From the NCBI GenBank assembly GCA_026984935.1, contig JALSRD010000019.1:2264-66263 (forward strand): a DNA stretch of 64,000 bases. Direction: 5' to 3'. The notes beneath the pieces are model-generated. The model did no database searches. It was not told the origin of the DNA and saw nothing but the letters and a program-made list of their open reading frames with translations. Source of the stretch: Desulfobacterales bacterium (lineage in GTDB: Bacteria > Desulfobacterota > Desulfobacteria > Desulfobacterales > JALSRD01). The translations under genes were made by a program, and so were the position numbers. Below are positions 36,258 to 44,446 of the stretch, in pieces; within the stretch, counting starts at the first letter, position 1; each line of letters opens with the position of its first letter.

Positions 36258-37061
36258 CTAATTCGATGCCGGCACGGGTGCCGTGGCCGTTTTCGCCTGC
36301 CCTTTTGGCGCATGTGAACTCATCAGCAGCGGTGCATCGCTGAGAATGATCTCGACCCGCCGGTTGGCCTGGCGGCCCTCCCAGGTGGCGTTGCTCTTAA
36401 AGGGGCGATATTCGCCGAAGCCCATGGTGGCAATCCGCTTGGGGTCGAATCCCGCCGCGTTGATGAACAGATCGGCCACGGAAGCCGCCCGCGCGATGGA
36501 CAGATCCAGGTTGGACTTAAAGCGCCCCCCGGTAACCGGTACGTTGTCGGTGTGTCCGGCAATGATGATTTCCCCTTTGGCCTTTTTCAGCACCTGCGCG
36601 ATCTTGATAAGCAACGGACGGGTCGCCGCCCGAATTTCGGCCTTGCCGGAATCGAAGGTCGTTTCCCCCATCATGCGAATGACAATTTTACCGTTTTCAT
36701 TATCGACGCTGACCAGATCCTTGATATCATCCGGGAAAAGCGACTTGATCTTCTTAATCAGCTCTTTCTTGAATTTGTCTCCATCCACATCCTTGACCAG
36801 GTTCAATTCGCGGTCAAAGGCGCGGGCAATGATGTTCTCGCCTTTGGGCGAGTCCCAGGCCGGCGTGTCGCGTTGAATGCCGAAGGCTTTCTGCAGCGAA
36901 CCGGCCACCTCCTTGTATTTTTGCGCATCCGTCTGGGAAAACGAGAGCAGCAAAACAAAGAAGCACAGCAACAGGCTCATCAAATCGCCAAAAGTGACCA
37001 CCCATCCCGGCGCACCGCCGCCCTCATCGCCACCGGGGACCTGATCGGCTTCCTGGCTCAT
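36258..37061 (-). CDS. motB: Flagellar stator protein MotB/PomB (set 2)
   Basis: GAPGWVVTFGDLMSLLLCFFVLLLSFS plug/TM segment and an OmpA-like C-terminus (IIIAGHTDNVPV...NLDLSIARAASVADLF...NRRVEI). It overlaps motA by 4 nt. Confidence 0.85.
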   Translation of the reverse strand: MSQEADQVPGGDEGGGAPGWVVTFGDLMSLLLCFFVLLLSFSQTDAQKYKEVAGSLQKAFGIQRDTPAWDSPKGENIIARAFDRELNLVKDVDGDKFKKELIKKIKSLFPDDIKDLVSVDNENGKIVIRMMGETTFDSGKAEIRAATRPLLIKIAQVLKKAKGEIIIAGHTDNVPVTGGRFKSNLDLSIARAASVADLFINAAGFDPKRIATMGFGEYRPFKSNATWEGRQANRRVEIILSDAPLLMSSHAPKGQAKTATAPVPASN

Positions 37062-37843
37062 GATTTCTTCTCACCCTTTCCACCGGCCTGCGCCATCTGC
37101 TCCCGGCTTTTGGGGGAAAGATAAATCTTTAAAGACTCTTCCAGCACCATGGCCGAAACGCCCTTGGCAATGCCGGTCGCCGCCTCGCGCACGATATGGC
37201 GGTTGATCAGCTCCTCCTGGCTCCTCAAAGACAGTTTGTCGGCAAGCGGCAGGCAGATAAAATTGGCAATCAGTGCGCCGTAAAGCGTGGTGAGCAGCGC
37301 CACGGCCATGGCCGGCCCGATGCTGCTGGGCTCAGACATGTTGGACAGCATCTGTACCAGGCCGATCAGCGTGCCGATCATGCCAAAGGCGGGCGCCGAA
37401 TCCCCCATGCCTTTAAAAATGCTCTGGCCGACGGCGTGGCGCTGCAGCATGATCTGGATATCCTTGTTGAGCATCTCTTCGATCATCCCCTGGTCCAGGC
37501 CGTCGGACAGATAGCGCAGCGCCTTGGCGGCAAAAGGGTCAGCGGGCTTTTTGCTCTCGAGGGCGATCAAGCCTTCACTCTTGGCGATCTTGGCGTAGGA
37601 TATCATCTCCGCGATCATCTTTTCAGGCGCTTCCAGTTTGGCGATAAACGCCTTGATGGCCACCTTGATGGTATTGATGACGTCCTTGACCGAAAATTTG
37701 ATGAAACATACGGACAGCGTTCCGCCCAGTACGATCAGGATCCCCGGGATATTGACAAAAATGATCGCGCTGCCGCCCAGGATGATCGCCGAAAGGATCA
37801 GCGCAGACCCGCCCACGATACCGATAACTGTTGCCAGATCCAT
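37058..37843 (-). CDS. motA: Flagellar stator protein MotA/PomA (set 2)
   Basis: MDLATVIGIVGGSALIL... and APAFGMIGTLIGLVQML...AVALLTTLYGALIANFICLPLADKL. Confidence 0.9.
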   Translation of the reverse strand: MDLATVIGIVGGSALILSAIILGGSAIIFVNIPGILIVLGGTLSVCFIKFSVKDVINTIKVAIKAFIAKLEAPEKMIAEMISYAKIAKSEGLIALESKKPADPFAAKALRYLSDGLDQGMIEEMLNKDIQIMLQRHAVGQSIFKGMGDSAPAFGMIGTLIGLVQMLSNMSEPSSIGPAMAVALLTTLYGALIANFICLPLADKLSLRSQEELINRHIVREAATGIAKGVSAMVLEESLKIYLSPKSREQMAQAGGKGEKKS

Positions 37844-37845
37844 GG

Positions 37846-39018
37846 TTAACTCCCCGATGACCGCTTTTCGATGAACACTTCGTCGGGAACCGCGTTCATG
37901 CGAAAGTATTTCTGCAACTTTTCGATTTTATGGCTGTCAAGCTTTAAAGGCGCCGGCATCAACAGTACACCGTTGGGGCGCCGCACGTTTTTAACCAGCA
38001 CCATGCCTTCGGCAAGATCGCCGATTTTGACACTGACGTGCCGTTTTTGCGCTTCCTGCCGAATTTGCTCGTCGTTGATCTCAAAGAGAATATCCACGAT
38101 TTCGGGATCCAGCTGATAGCCGCGCTGAACGGCCAGCTGTTCCGCCACGTCTTCCAGCGCCACGCCATCGCGCTGCATCAGATTGTCGTAGGTATCCGCA
38201 CCTGCAACAATGCGCGCCAGCAGCGGAATCTCCTCGCCCGCACGTTCATCGGGAAACCCGCGTCCGTTGAAATGCTCATGATGGGCACGCACAAAACCGG
38301 CAATATCATCGAGCATATCGATTTCCTGCAGTATAATTTCTCCCTGCTCCGGATGCGCCAGGTAGAGCTGTTTTTCCTCGGTATTCATCGCCACCGGTTT
38401 CTTGGACAGAATCCCGCCCGGCAGCCCCACCATGCCGATATCGTGCAGCAGTCCGGCGGTTTCAGCGATCCGGACCTGATCCGGCCTAACGGCGGGATGC
38501 CTGCGCGCCACGGCTGCACAAAGCGCCCCTACCCGCCGGCAGTGACCGCCCAGATCCTCGTCCACGGTCTCGATGAGGTGGCTGAACATCCGAATGGTCT
38601 GGAAAAAATTGTCCCGGATCAAGCGGTATTTTTCCGAAAGCTCCGCCTGCAGATCGATAATGCGCCGGCCGATTTCCAGGCGCGCCCTGAGCTCGTCGAG
38701 AGAAACCGGCTTGACCAGGTAATCATCGGCGCCGCTTTCGAGGCCCGCAATCAGGTCACGCTCGGAATCTCTGGCGCTGACCACCAGGATGTAGGTATAT
38801 AAATCCGCCGCTGCACTGCGAATTTCACGGCATACCTGCAGCCCGTCCACCTCGGGCATGTTCCAGTCGGTTATAACGATCCTGGGATGCGTTTTCTGCC
38901 AGAGCCTGAGTCCTTCGCGTCCTCCCACGCCGCTGATGGGTTCATGACCCAGCTTGGTTACGTACTTTTCCATCAGCCGCAGACTGACGGCTTCATCATC
39001 TACCAGCAGTATCTTCAT
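37846..39018 (-). CDS. Response regulator with HD-GYP-type (c-di-GMP phosphodiesterase family) output domain
   Basis: REC (KILLVDDE...VITDWNMPEVDG), HD domain (LLHDIGMVGLP) and HHEHFNGRGFPD (a GYP variant, GFP). A ~60-aa C-terminal extension is of unknown fold. It is the first gene of an operon with the motAB set 2. Confidence 0.8.
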   Translation of the reverse strand: MKILLVDDEAVSLRLMEKYVTKLGHEPISGVGGREGLRLWQKTHPRIVITDWNMPEVDGLQVCREIRSAAADLYTYILVVSARDSERDLIAGLESGADDYLVKPVSLDELRARLEIGRRIIDLQAELSEKYRLIRDNFFQTIRMFSHLIETVDEDLGGHCRRVGALCAAVARRHPAVRPDQVRIAETAGLLHDIGMVGLPGGILSKKPVAMNTEEKQLYLAHPEQGEIILQEIDMLDDIAGFVRAHHEHFNGRGFPDERAGEEIPLLARIVAGADTYDNLMQRDGVALEDVAEQLAVQRGYQLDPEIVDILFEINDEQIRQEAQKRHVSVKIGDLAEGMVLVKNVRRPNGVLLMPAPLKLDSHKIEKLQKYFRMNAVPDEVFIEKRSSGS

Positions 39019-39178
39019 CTGATTGCCACAACCTCAATAAAACGCTTCGTCGACCGGCCCTGAAACATGTGGGAAACGTGTGCAGCCGGCAACCTTCCAT
39101 GTTCCCGCAGGTGCCGTCAGCCGCGCTGCAGCAACCGCGGCCCGCGGTACGGCCTGGTCCGACGTGGATTTACATGAA

Positions 39179-39205
39179 TTATCGGCAGACGAGCGAAATA
39201 GTTTA
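39179..39205 (-). promoter_or_regulatory. Sigma-28-type promoter (perfect consensus) upstream of the RR-HD-GYP/motAB operon
   Basis: Minus-sense TAAA-N15-GCCGATAA, ~160 nt upstream of the ATG at 39018. Confidence 0.65.
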
Positions 39206-39355
39206 GCTGAATTCCCGTTCGCGCCGGCAATTCACGTCAGCGTCCACGCACGTGGTGCATGGGTATAGGCGGGGAGTTCTGAACTATCGAACAGGAGGCA
39301 GGGACTAAGATCGGCAAAAAGACGAGCGCGCGACGGATTCCAGGCACTCAGCGCT

Positions 39356-39724
39356 TCAGGCGGACAGATTCAGCGGAATATATCCGGGCGGCACCTGGCG
39401 CAGAAGTTTGCCTTTGTTGTCGTAGACCTTGACGACCAGCTGGCCGTTTTTGAAATCGTATTTGCGCTCCTCCAGCGCCACATCTTCATTTTTGCCCGCA
39501 AAACGGCCCCCTTTTCCGGCAGGATATCCCCGGTCCCGGGTTTTTTGGGCTTCCTCCGGGTGGTCCACCCTGCCGGGCTGCGGGGCGGCCTGTTGAATCA
39601 CCTGGGGATCGACGTTTTCAGGAACGGCCGATAATTGCGGCGTCTGTGACAATTTTTGGGCTTCCGTGCCGGTAAAAGCCGGCGCCTCGATACCTCTGAC
39701 CATGGACCCCAGAAAGCTGCTCAT
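39356..39724 (-). CDS. FlaG-like flagellar protein
   Basis: Start at MSSFLGS (GGGAGA RBS). The C-terminal YDFKNGQLVVKVYDNKGKLLRQVPPGY resembles the FlaG signature (F.vd...g..vvkv.D..tgE.iRQiPp). Confidence 0.55.
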   Translation of the reverse strand: MSSFLGSMVRGIEAPAFTGTEAQKLSQTPQLSAVPENVDPQVIQQAAPQPGRVDHPEEAQKTRDRGYPAGKGGRFAGKNEDVALEERKYDFKNGQLVVKVYDNKGKLLRQVPPGYIPLNLSA

Positions 39725-40505
39725 TTTTCTTTCTCCCTGAATACAAAGGGATTTCATTCAACGTGAACAAATTCTACCGATCCGTTGCCCACGCTTGCTG
39801 CAGGCGGCATGCTAGGCCTGGCGCATGATACAACACACCTGACCTGAACTTATGCAAAAACCGTGCAAACAAAAACTTCGTTAATCTGCAGATACTTGTA
39901 AAACCCGTCTGCAATGCGGCTTGCAAATTGGTAATCCCAGTGACAAAATCGAATTTAATCGCTTTTCATAATTGCGCCGCAAAACCGGGGCGATGCGGTT
40001 TGCATTGAAATTCCGCTTTACCTTTTGCCGCTATCCGGGTATGATCAATACAGGAAAAGGCCAACTCCGTATTCCTGCGGGAGCGGAAAACCACGGGCCT
40101 GTTGGGGACAGCCGGGCGGCTTTGCCTGAACCACATGCACGTGGATAACGCGCAGCCGGCGGTTTTGCATGCAAATCGGTAGCCCACACCCTCTGATTCC
40201 CTTTACTGGAACCCGCCATAATTCCTCGACGCGTGCCTTTTGTCACCCGCTTGCCGCGCCGGACTTGCCCGAAAAACCCCACGCGTCCCTGCCGGCCCTG
40301 TACAGCGCCGCTTTGGCCCCCGGTGGTTCGGGGTGCGCCGGCGCCTATGCGCTCAACCACCCCTTCTTATTTTCGGAAAAAACAGGACCTTCCCGTGGTC
40401 TGCTGATTGACCTCTACGTGTAACCGCAGGGCTCGCTTAAGGAGTCGCGGGCTCGATTCTTGCCGGGGGCCCCGGCGAAAGCAACTTCCCATTTCATCAA
40501 ATGCA

Positions 40506-42710
40506 TCAAAACCCCTCGAATTTCTCCTCTCCATTGGCTTTTGGCACGGAAACCGCGGGCTCGGCGGCAGCCACGGCGGAACGCTTGTGCACATCCGCCA
40601 TCGTTTTGTCCGCTTTTTTCCGATCGCCCTCCCTGACGCCGGCGGCCGCACTCTGCCCGGATTCTCCGACCAGCTTGATCAAATCCCTGACCAATGCGTT
40701 CATCTGTTCAGCCTGGGCGCTCATCTCCTCCGAGGCGGCTGCCGCTTCCTCGGCGGTCGCCGCATTGCTCTGGGTGACTTTGTCCATCTCAGCCACTGCA
40801 GCTGCAATCTGGGATGCGCCCTGGGCCTGTTCGCTGGAAGCGGCGGCAATCTCGTTGACCAGCGCAGCCGCCTTGGCGGCGCTTTCGGTGACCTGCTGAA
40901 ATGCCCGGTTGGTGTCGGCCGCCTGTTCGGAGCCCTGCTGAATTTTACGGGTGGTGTCTTCGATCAGACCGGTGGTATTTTTGGCCGCTTCGGCGGCCCG
41001 GATGGCGAGGTTCCGGACTTCGTCGGCCACCACGGCAAACCCGGCACCGGCCTCCCCGGCCCGGGCCGCTTCCACGGCCGCGTTCAAAGCCAGCAGATTG
41101 GTCTGAAAAGCGATCTCGTCGATGGTTTTAATGATCTTGGAAGTTTCGGTGCTGGCCTTGGCAATCTCCTCCATGGAGACGTTCAGCCCTTTCATGGACG
41201 CATTGGCGCGTTCGACGATCTGTCCGGTTTCAGTCATGAACGTATTGGCCTGGCCGGCATGGCCGGCGTTCTGCTTGGCAATGGAGGACATCTCTTCCAG
41301 GGATGAGGAGGTTTCCTCGATGGAGGCCGCCTGTTCCGAGGACCCTTCGGCCAGCGACTGGCCGGCCCCGGACACCTGTCCTGAAGCCGCCGCCACCGCC
41401 TCGGCGCTCTGACTGAGCCCTTCGATGATGCGCTGAACGGGTCTGGCGATGCTGATGCGTGTGAAAAGATAAGTGACCAGCAAAGCGACTGCCAGCACCA
41501 GAACGCTCGCCAGCATGATTATTTTCAGCACCTGTTTGACTTTTTGCCGGGTGGCGTGCCTCACGGCATCGACCTGCTGTTGCACTGCGGCGCTCTGGGC
41601 CTGGACTTTCTTGTCCAGTTCAGCCGCATGCTGCACGGCGGCCTTTTCAATATCATCGGTGTAGACCCCCGTACCGACAACCCAGTTCCAGGGTTTGAAA
41701 ACCTGCACATAAGACAGTTTGGGCATGGGCTTGTCGCCGCCGTAGCGCGGCCAGTAGTAATCCACGAACCCCCCGCCCTTTTCACGGCAGACTTTCACAA
41801 AGTCCATGAACAGCCTTTTCCCGTTGGGGTCCTTGATGTTGGACAGGTCCTTGCCGTTCAGCTGCGGCTTGTACGGGTGCATGACCATGGTGGGGTGCAT
41901 GTCGTTGATCCAGAAATAATCCTTGTGCGTCGGCCCGTACCGCAGCGACTGGATGATCGCCGCGGCGTTGGCTTTCAATCCGCTCTCGGCAACTTCCAGA
42001 TACACGCCGGACCCGATGATCCAGTTCCACGGTTTGAACAGCTTCACGAAAGACAGCTTGGGAACGGGTTTGTCGCCGCCATAATGGGGCCAGTAGTAAT
42101 CCACGAACCCCCCGCCCTTTTCACGGCAGACTTTCACAAAGTCCATGAACAGCCTTTTCCCGTTGGGGTCCTTGACGTTGGACAGGTCCTTGCCGTTCAG
42201 CTGCGGCTTGTACGGGTGCATGACCATGGTGGGGTGCATGTCGTTGATCCAGAAATAGTCCTTGTGCGTCGGCCCGTACCGCAGCGACTGGATGATCGCC
42301 GCGGCCTTCTGCTGCTGCTGCTCCAACGTCAGGCCGTTTTCGGCAGCCACGGCCTTCAGCACGCCAAAGGCCGTATCCACGGCATTCTGAAGCGGCTTTT
42401 TGTACAGCCGCCTCAGTTTCTCCATGCTGTGGCTGTCGGCATAGGCCTGGTCCAGCACACTCATGGCGGTTTGAACCTGGGATTTGAGGTATTCCTTTTT
42501 GCGTTTCAGCAGCTCTTGGCGGAAACGGGCCTCATCTTTCTTCCCCTGGGATTTGAGCTGGGCGAGGTCCGTGCTCCCGAGTTTCTCGATCTGGGAGACG
42601 GCCATTTCTCCGCTGCGGTTTTGCTGCCATACCGCCACCGACGCGACGAGGGCCGATGTCAACAACAGGAGGAGTCCGGTCACCACCATGATCTTAACGT
42701 TGAGTTTCAT
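40506..42710 (-). CDS. Methyl-accepting chemotaxis protein with duplicated Cache-like periplasmic module
   Basis: N-terminal TM helix, two 113-aa tandem sensor repeats ([34 protein letters not shown]...), a second TM helix, HAMP, and the MCP signalling domain ([38 protein letters not shown]). Confidence 0.9.
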   Translation of the reverse strand: MKLNVKIMVVTGLLLLLTSALVASVAVWQQNRSGEMAVSQIEKLGSTDLAQLKSQGKKDEARFRQELLKRKKEYLKSQVQTAMSVLDQAYADSHSMEKLRRLYKKPLQNAVDTAFGVLKAVAAENGLTLEQQQQKAAAIIQSLRYGPTHKDYFWINDMHPTMVMHPYKPQLNGKDLSNVKDPNGKRLFMDFVKVCREKGGGFVDYYWPHYGGDKPVPKLSFVKLFKPWNWIIGSGVYLEVAESGLKANAAAIIQSLRYGPTHKDYFWINDMHPTMVMHPYKPQLNGKDLSNIKDPNGKRLFMDFVKVCREKGGGFVDYYWPRYGGDKPMPKLSYVQVFKPWNWVVGTGVYTDDIEKAAVQHAAELDKKVQAQSAAVQQQVDAVRHATRQKVKQVLKIIMLASVLVLAVALLVTYLFTRISIARPVQRIIEGLSQSAEAVAAASGQVSGAGQSLAEGSSEQAASIEETSSSLEEMSSIAKQNAGHAGQANTFMTETGQIVERANASMKGLNVSMEEIAKASTETSKIIKTIDEIAFQTNLLALNAAVEAARAGEAGAGFAVVADEVRNLAIRAAEAAKNTTGLIEDTTRKIQQGSEQAADTNRAFQQVTESAAKAAALVNEIAAASSEQAQGASQIAAAVAEMDKVTQSNAATAEEAAAASEEMSAQAEQMNALVRDLIKLVGESGQSAAAGVREGDRKKADKTMADVHKRSAVAAAEPAVSVPKANGEEKFEGF
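41628..42305 (-). repeat. Intragenic tandem duplication, 2 x 339 bp, inside the MCP sensor domain
   Basis: The cores 41762-41966 and 42101-42305 are nearly identical at the DNA level (a few mismatches by eye). The 3' parts of each unit are more diverged. Confidence 0.85.
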
Positions 42711-42752
42711 GCAACGCTCCTTTTTCTGCTGGATTAGAATACTTCGTAACGT

Positions 42753-42779
42753 ATATCGGCAGGCAGCGTCATGACCTTA
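42753..42779 (-). promoter_or_regulatory. Sigma-28-type promoter upstream of the MCP gene
   Basis: Minus-sense TAAG-N15-GCCGATAT, ~43 nt upstream of the ATG at 42710. Confidence 0.55.
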
Positions 42780-42888
42780 ACGTATTTTTCAACGTGCCGG
42801 GAGAAACCGTCGGGCTGCTGCCGGCGGACAGGAAGCCGAAACGTCATCGGGTATTGCCATACCGCCGTCGACAGGGTATAAATACGGC

Positions 42889-43545
42889 ATGGCAGTAACC
42901 CGGATATCAGAGCATAGTCTGCGTTTTTATTTTATCACCGACGACCAAGAGGCGCAGATGTCCCCTTTGGAGCAGACCGCCATCGCCCTGCAGGCCGGTG
43001 CCACCATGGTGCAGTATCGCAACAAGGCTTTTCGCTTGGAATCGTATTTCGAAGCCGCTGCCATACGCGATCTTTGCCGGCGCAATGCCGTACCCTTCCT
43101 CGTTAATGACAACACCTTGCTGGCCAAGGCGCTGGGCGCCGACGGGGTGCACCTGGGCCAGGCGGATGACCCGCCGCAGACGGCCCGCCGCATATTGGGG
43201 CCCAGGGCCATCATCGGACTTTCGGTGTCCAACCTGGGGGAGCTTAAAGCCAGCGACCTTGCCGGTTGCGATTACATTGGCAGCGGCCCGGTCTTTGCGA
43301 CCGCCACCAAGGCCGATGCCGGGGCCGTACTGGGCCCGAAGGGCCTTTCCCAGATAGTGGCGGCCGCACCTCTGCCGGTGGTCGCCATCGGCGGCATCGA
43401 CAGCCATACGGCCGGTTCCTGTTTTGAACAGGGCGCCGCCGGCGCTGCGGTGATCAGCTGCATCACACGGTCCCGCAATCCCCGGAAAAGCGCCCTGGCA
43501 TTCGGCGCGGCCTGCGGCTGCCGGCCCCGCAATGTTCTGACCTGA
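42889..43545 (+). CDS. thiE: Thiamine-phosphate synthase
   Basis: RFYFITDD, LQAGATMVQYRNK, GADGVHLGQ.D, IIGLSV, DYIGSGPVFATATK, PVVAIGGI. Confidence 0.9.
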   Translation: MAVTRISEHSLRFYFITDDQEAQMSPLEQTAIALQAGATMVQYRNKAFRLESYFEAAAIRDLCRRNAVPFLVNDNTLLAKALGADGVHLGQADDPPQTARRILGPRAIIGLSVSNLGELKASDLAGCDYIGSGPVFATATKADAGAVLGPKGLSQIVAAAPLPVVAIGGIDSHTAGSCFEQGAAGAAVISCITRSRNPRKSALAFGAACGCRPRNVLT

Positions 43546-43654
43546 CCGGAGGCGCACGCACCAGCTGTGCACATACCTCCGCCCCCTTCCGGCCCATCCC
43601 TGCGGCCGAGAAATACCTTGCCAAGTGAACCCCGTAATGATAGGAAATCCGCGT

Positions 43655-43745
43655 ATTCCGAGCAGGGGTGTTCTGGCGGGCTCAGAACTGAGAGCATACC
43701 CTTTGAACCTGATACAGTTCGTACTGTCGGAGGAAAATCGGAGGA
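43655..43745 (+). promoter_or_regulatory. TPP (THI-box) riboswitch
   Basis: GAGCAGGGGTG...GGCTCAGAACTGAGAGCATACCCTTTGAACCTGATACAGTTCGTACTGTCGGAGGAA contains the conserved GGGGTG, CTGAGA, ACCC..GAACCTGAT and GGA-rich closing elements. It lies upstream of thiW. Confidence 0.8.
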
Positions 43746-43892
43746 CGCAGACCGTGGCGTGAAAGGCAACCGGTTACAACCCCAGGCCTTCCGCCGGATC
43801 CTTCCCCTGAGTTTTTTCAAAGCAACATTCGGGTAATCCACCGGGCCGCGGAGCCGACACCGGCAGCGGATTCCGATCATGCGGAGATCTCC

Positions 43893-44429
43893 ATGCCGAA
43901 TAAACGATCCGATTCACCGGGAAACGTTTCCCGCAAAAGCCGCCGCACCGCCTACGCTGTCGTGCTGGTGGCAGCGGGGGTCGCACTGGCGCCGTATACT
44001 TCCTTTCCGGTGGGCATCGCCAAGATCAACCCCACCCAGCACTTTATCAATGTGCTGGCCGCCGTGCTGCTGGGACCCTGGTGGGCGGTACTCATCGCAG
44101 CGGCCATCGGTGCCATGCGCAACGCCATGGGCGTCGGCACGTTGCTGGCCTTTCCGGGCGGCATGATCGGCGCTCTGCTGGCCGGTGTCTTTTACCGCGT
44201 GACCCGCAGCATCTACCCGGCCGCGGCCGGCGAGATCATCGGAACCGGATTTATCGCGCCGCTGGTCAGTGCCTGGGTAGTATCCCCGATACTCATGCAC
44301 AGGGCCATCCCCCTGCTGGCACTGGTGCCTTCTTTTCTGGGAAGCACGACCGCCGGCGCCCTGCTGGCCGTACTGGCGCTCAACTATCTGCGACGCCTTG
44401 GAATCGTGGATTCCAGACCCCTGCGATAA
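43893..44429 (+). CDS. thiW: ECF-transporter substrate-specific (S) component, ThiW-like
   Basis: 178-aa polytopic membrane protein directly downstream of a TPP riboswitch and upstream of the ECF A/T genes. INPTQHFINVLAAVLLGPWW and LAFPGGMIGALLAG segments are present. Confidence 0.65.
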   Translation: MPNKRSDSPGNVSRKSRRTAYAVVLVAAGVALAPYTSFPVGIAKINPTQHFINVLAAVLLGPWWAVLIAAAIGAMRNAMGVGTLLAFPGGMIGALLAGVFYRVTRSIYPAAAGEIIGTGFIAPLVSAWVVSPILMHRAIPLLALVPSFLGSTTAGALLAVLALNYLRRLGIVDSRPLR

Positions 44430-44446
44430 CCGGGAAGCACTGCCAT

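Noticed and set aside
40407-42737. Long plus-strand ORFs (40407-41306, 41544-42737) inside the MCP gene
   Set aside because: They are antisense to a full-length, motif-complete MCP. Composition is typical of shadow ORFs, and the internal repeat merely mirrors the MCP duplication.
42740-42888. Second TPP riboswitch upstream of thiE
   Set aside because: No GGGGTG, CTGAGA or ACCTGAT elements are present. The region instead contains the divergent sigma-28 promoter of the MCP gene.
44081-44446. N-terminal 122-aa extension of the ECF ATPase ORF
   Set aside because: It would overlap almost all of thiW in another frame. The ABC domain begins right after the internal ATG at 44447.
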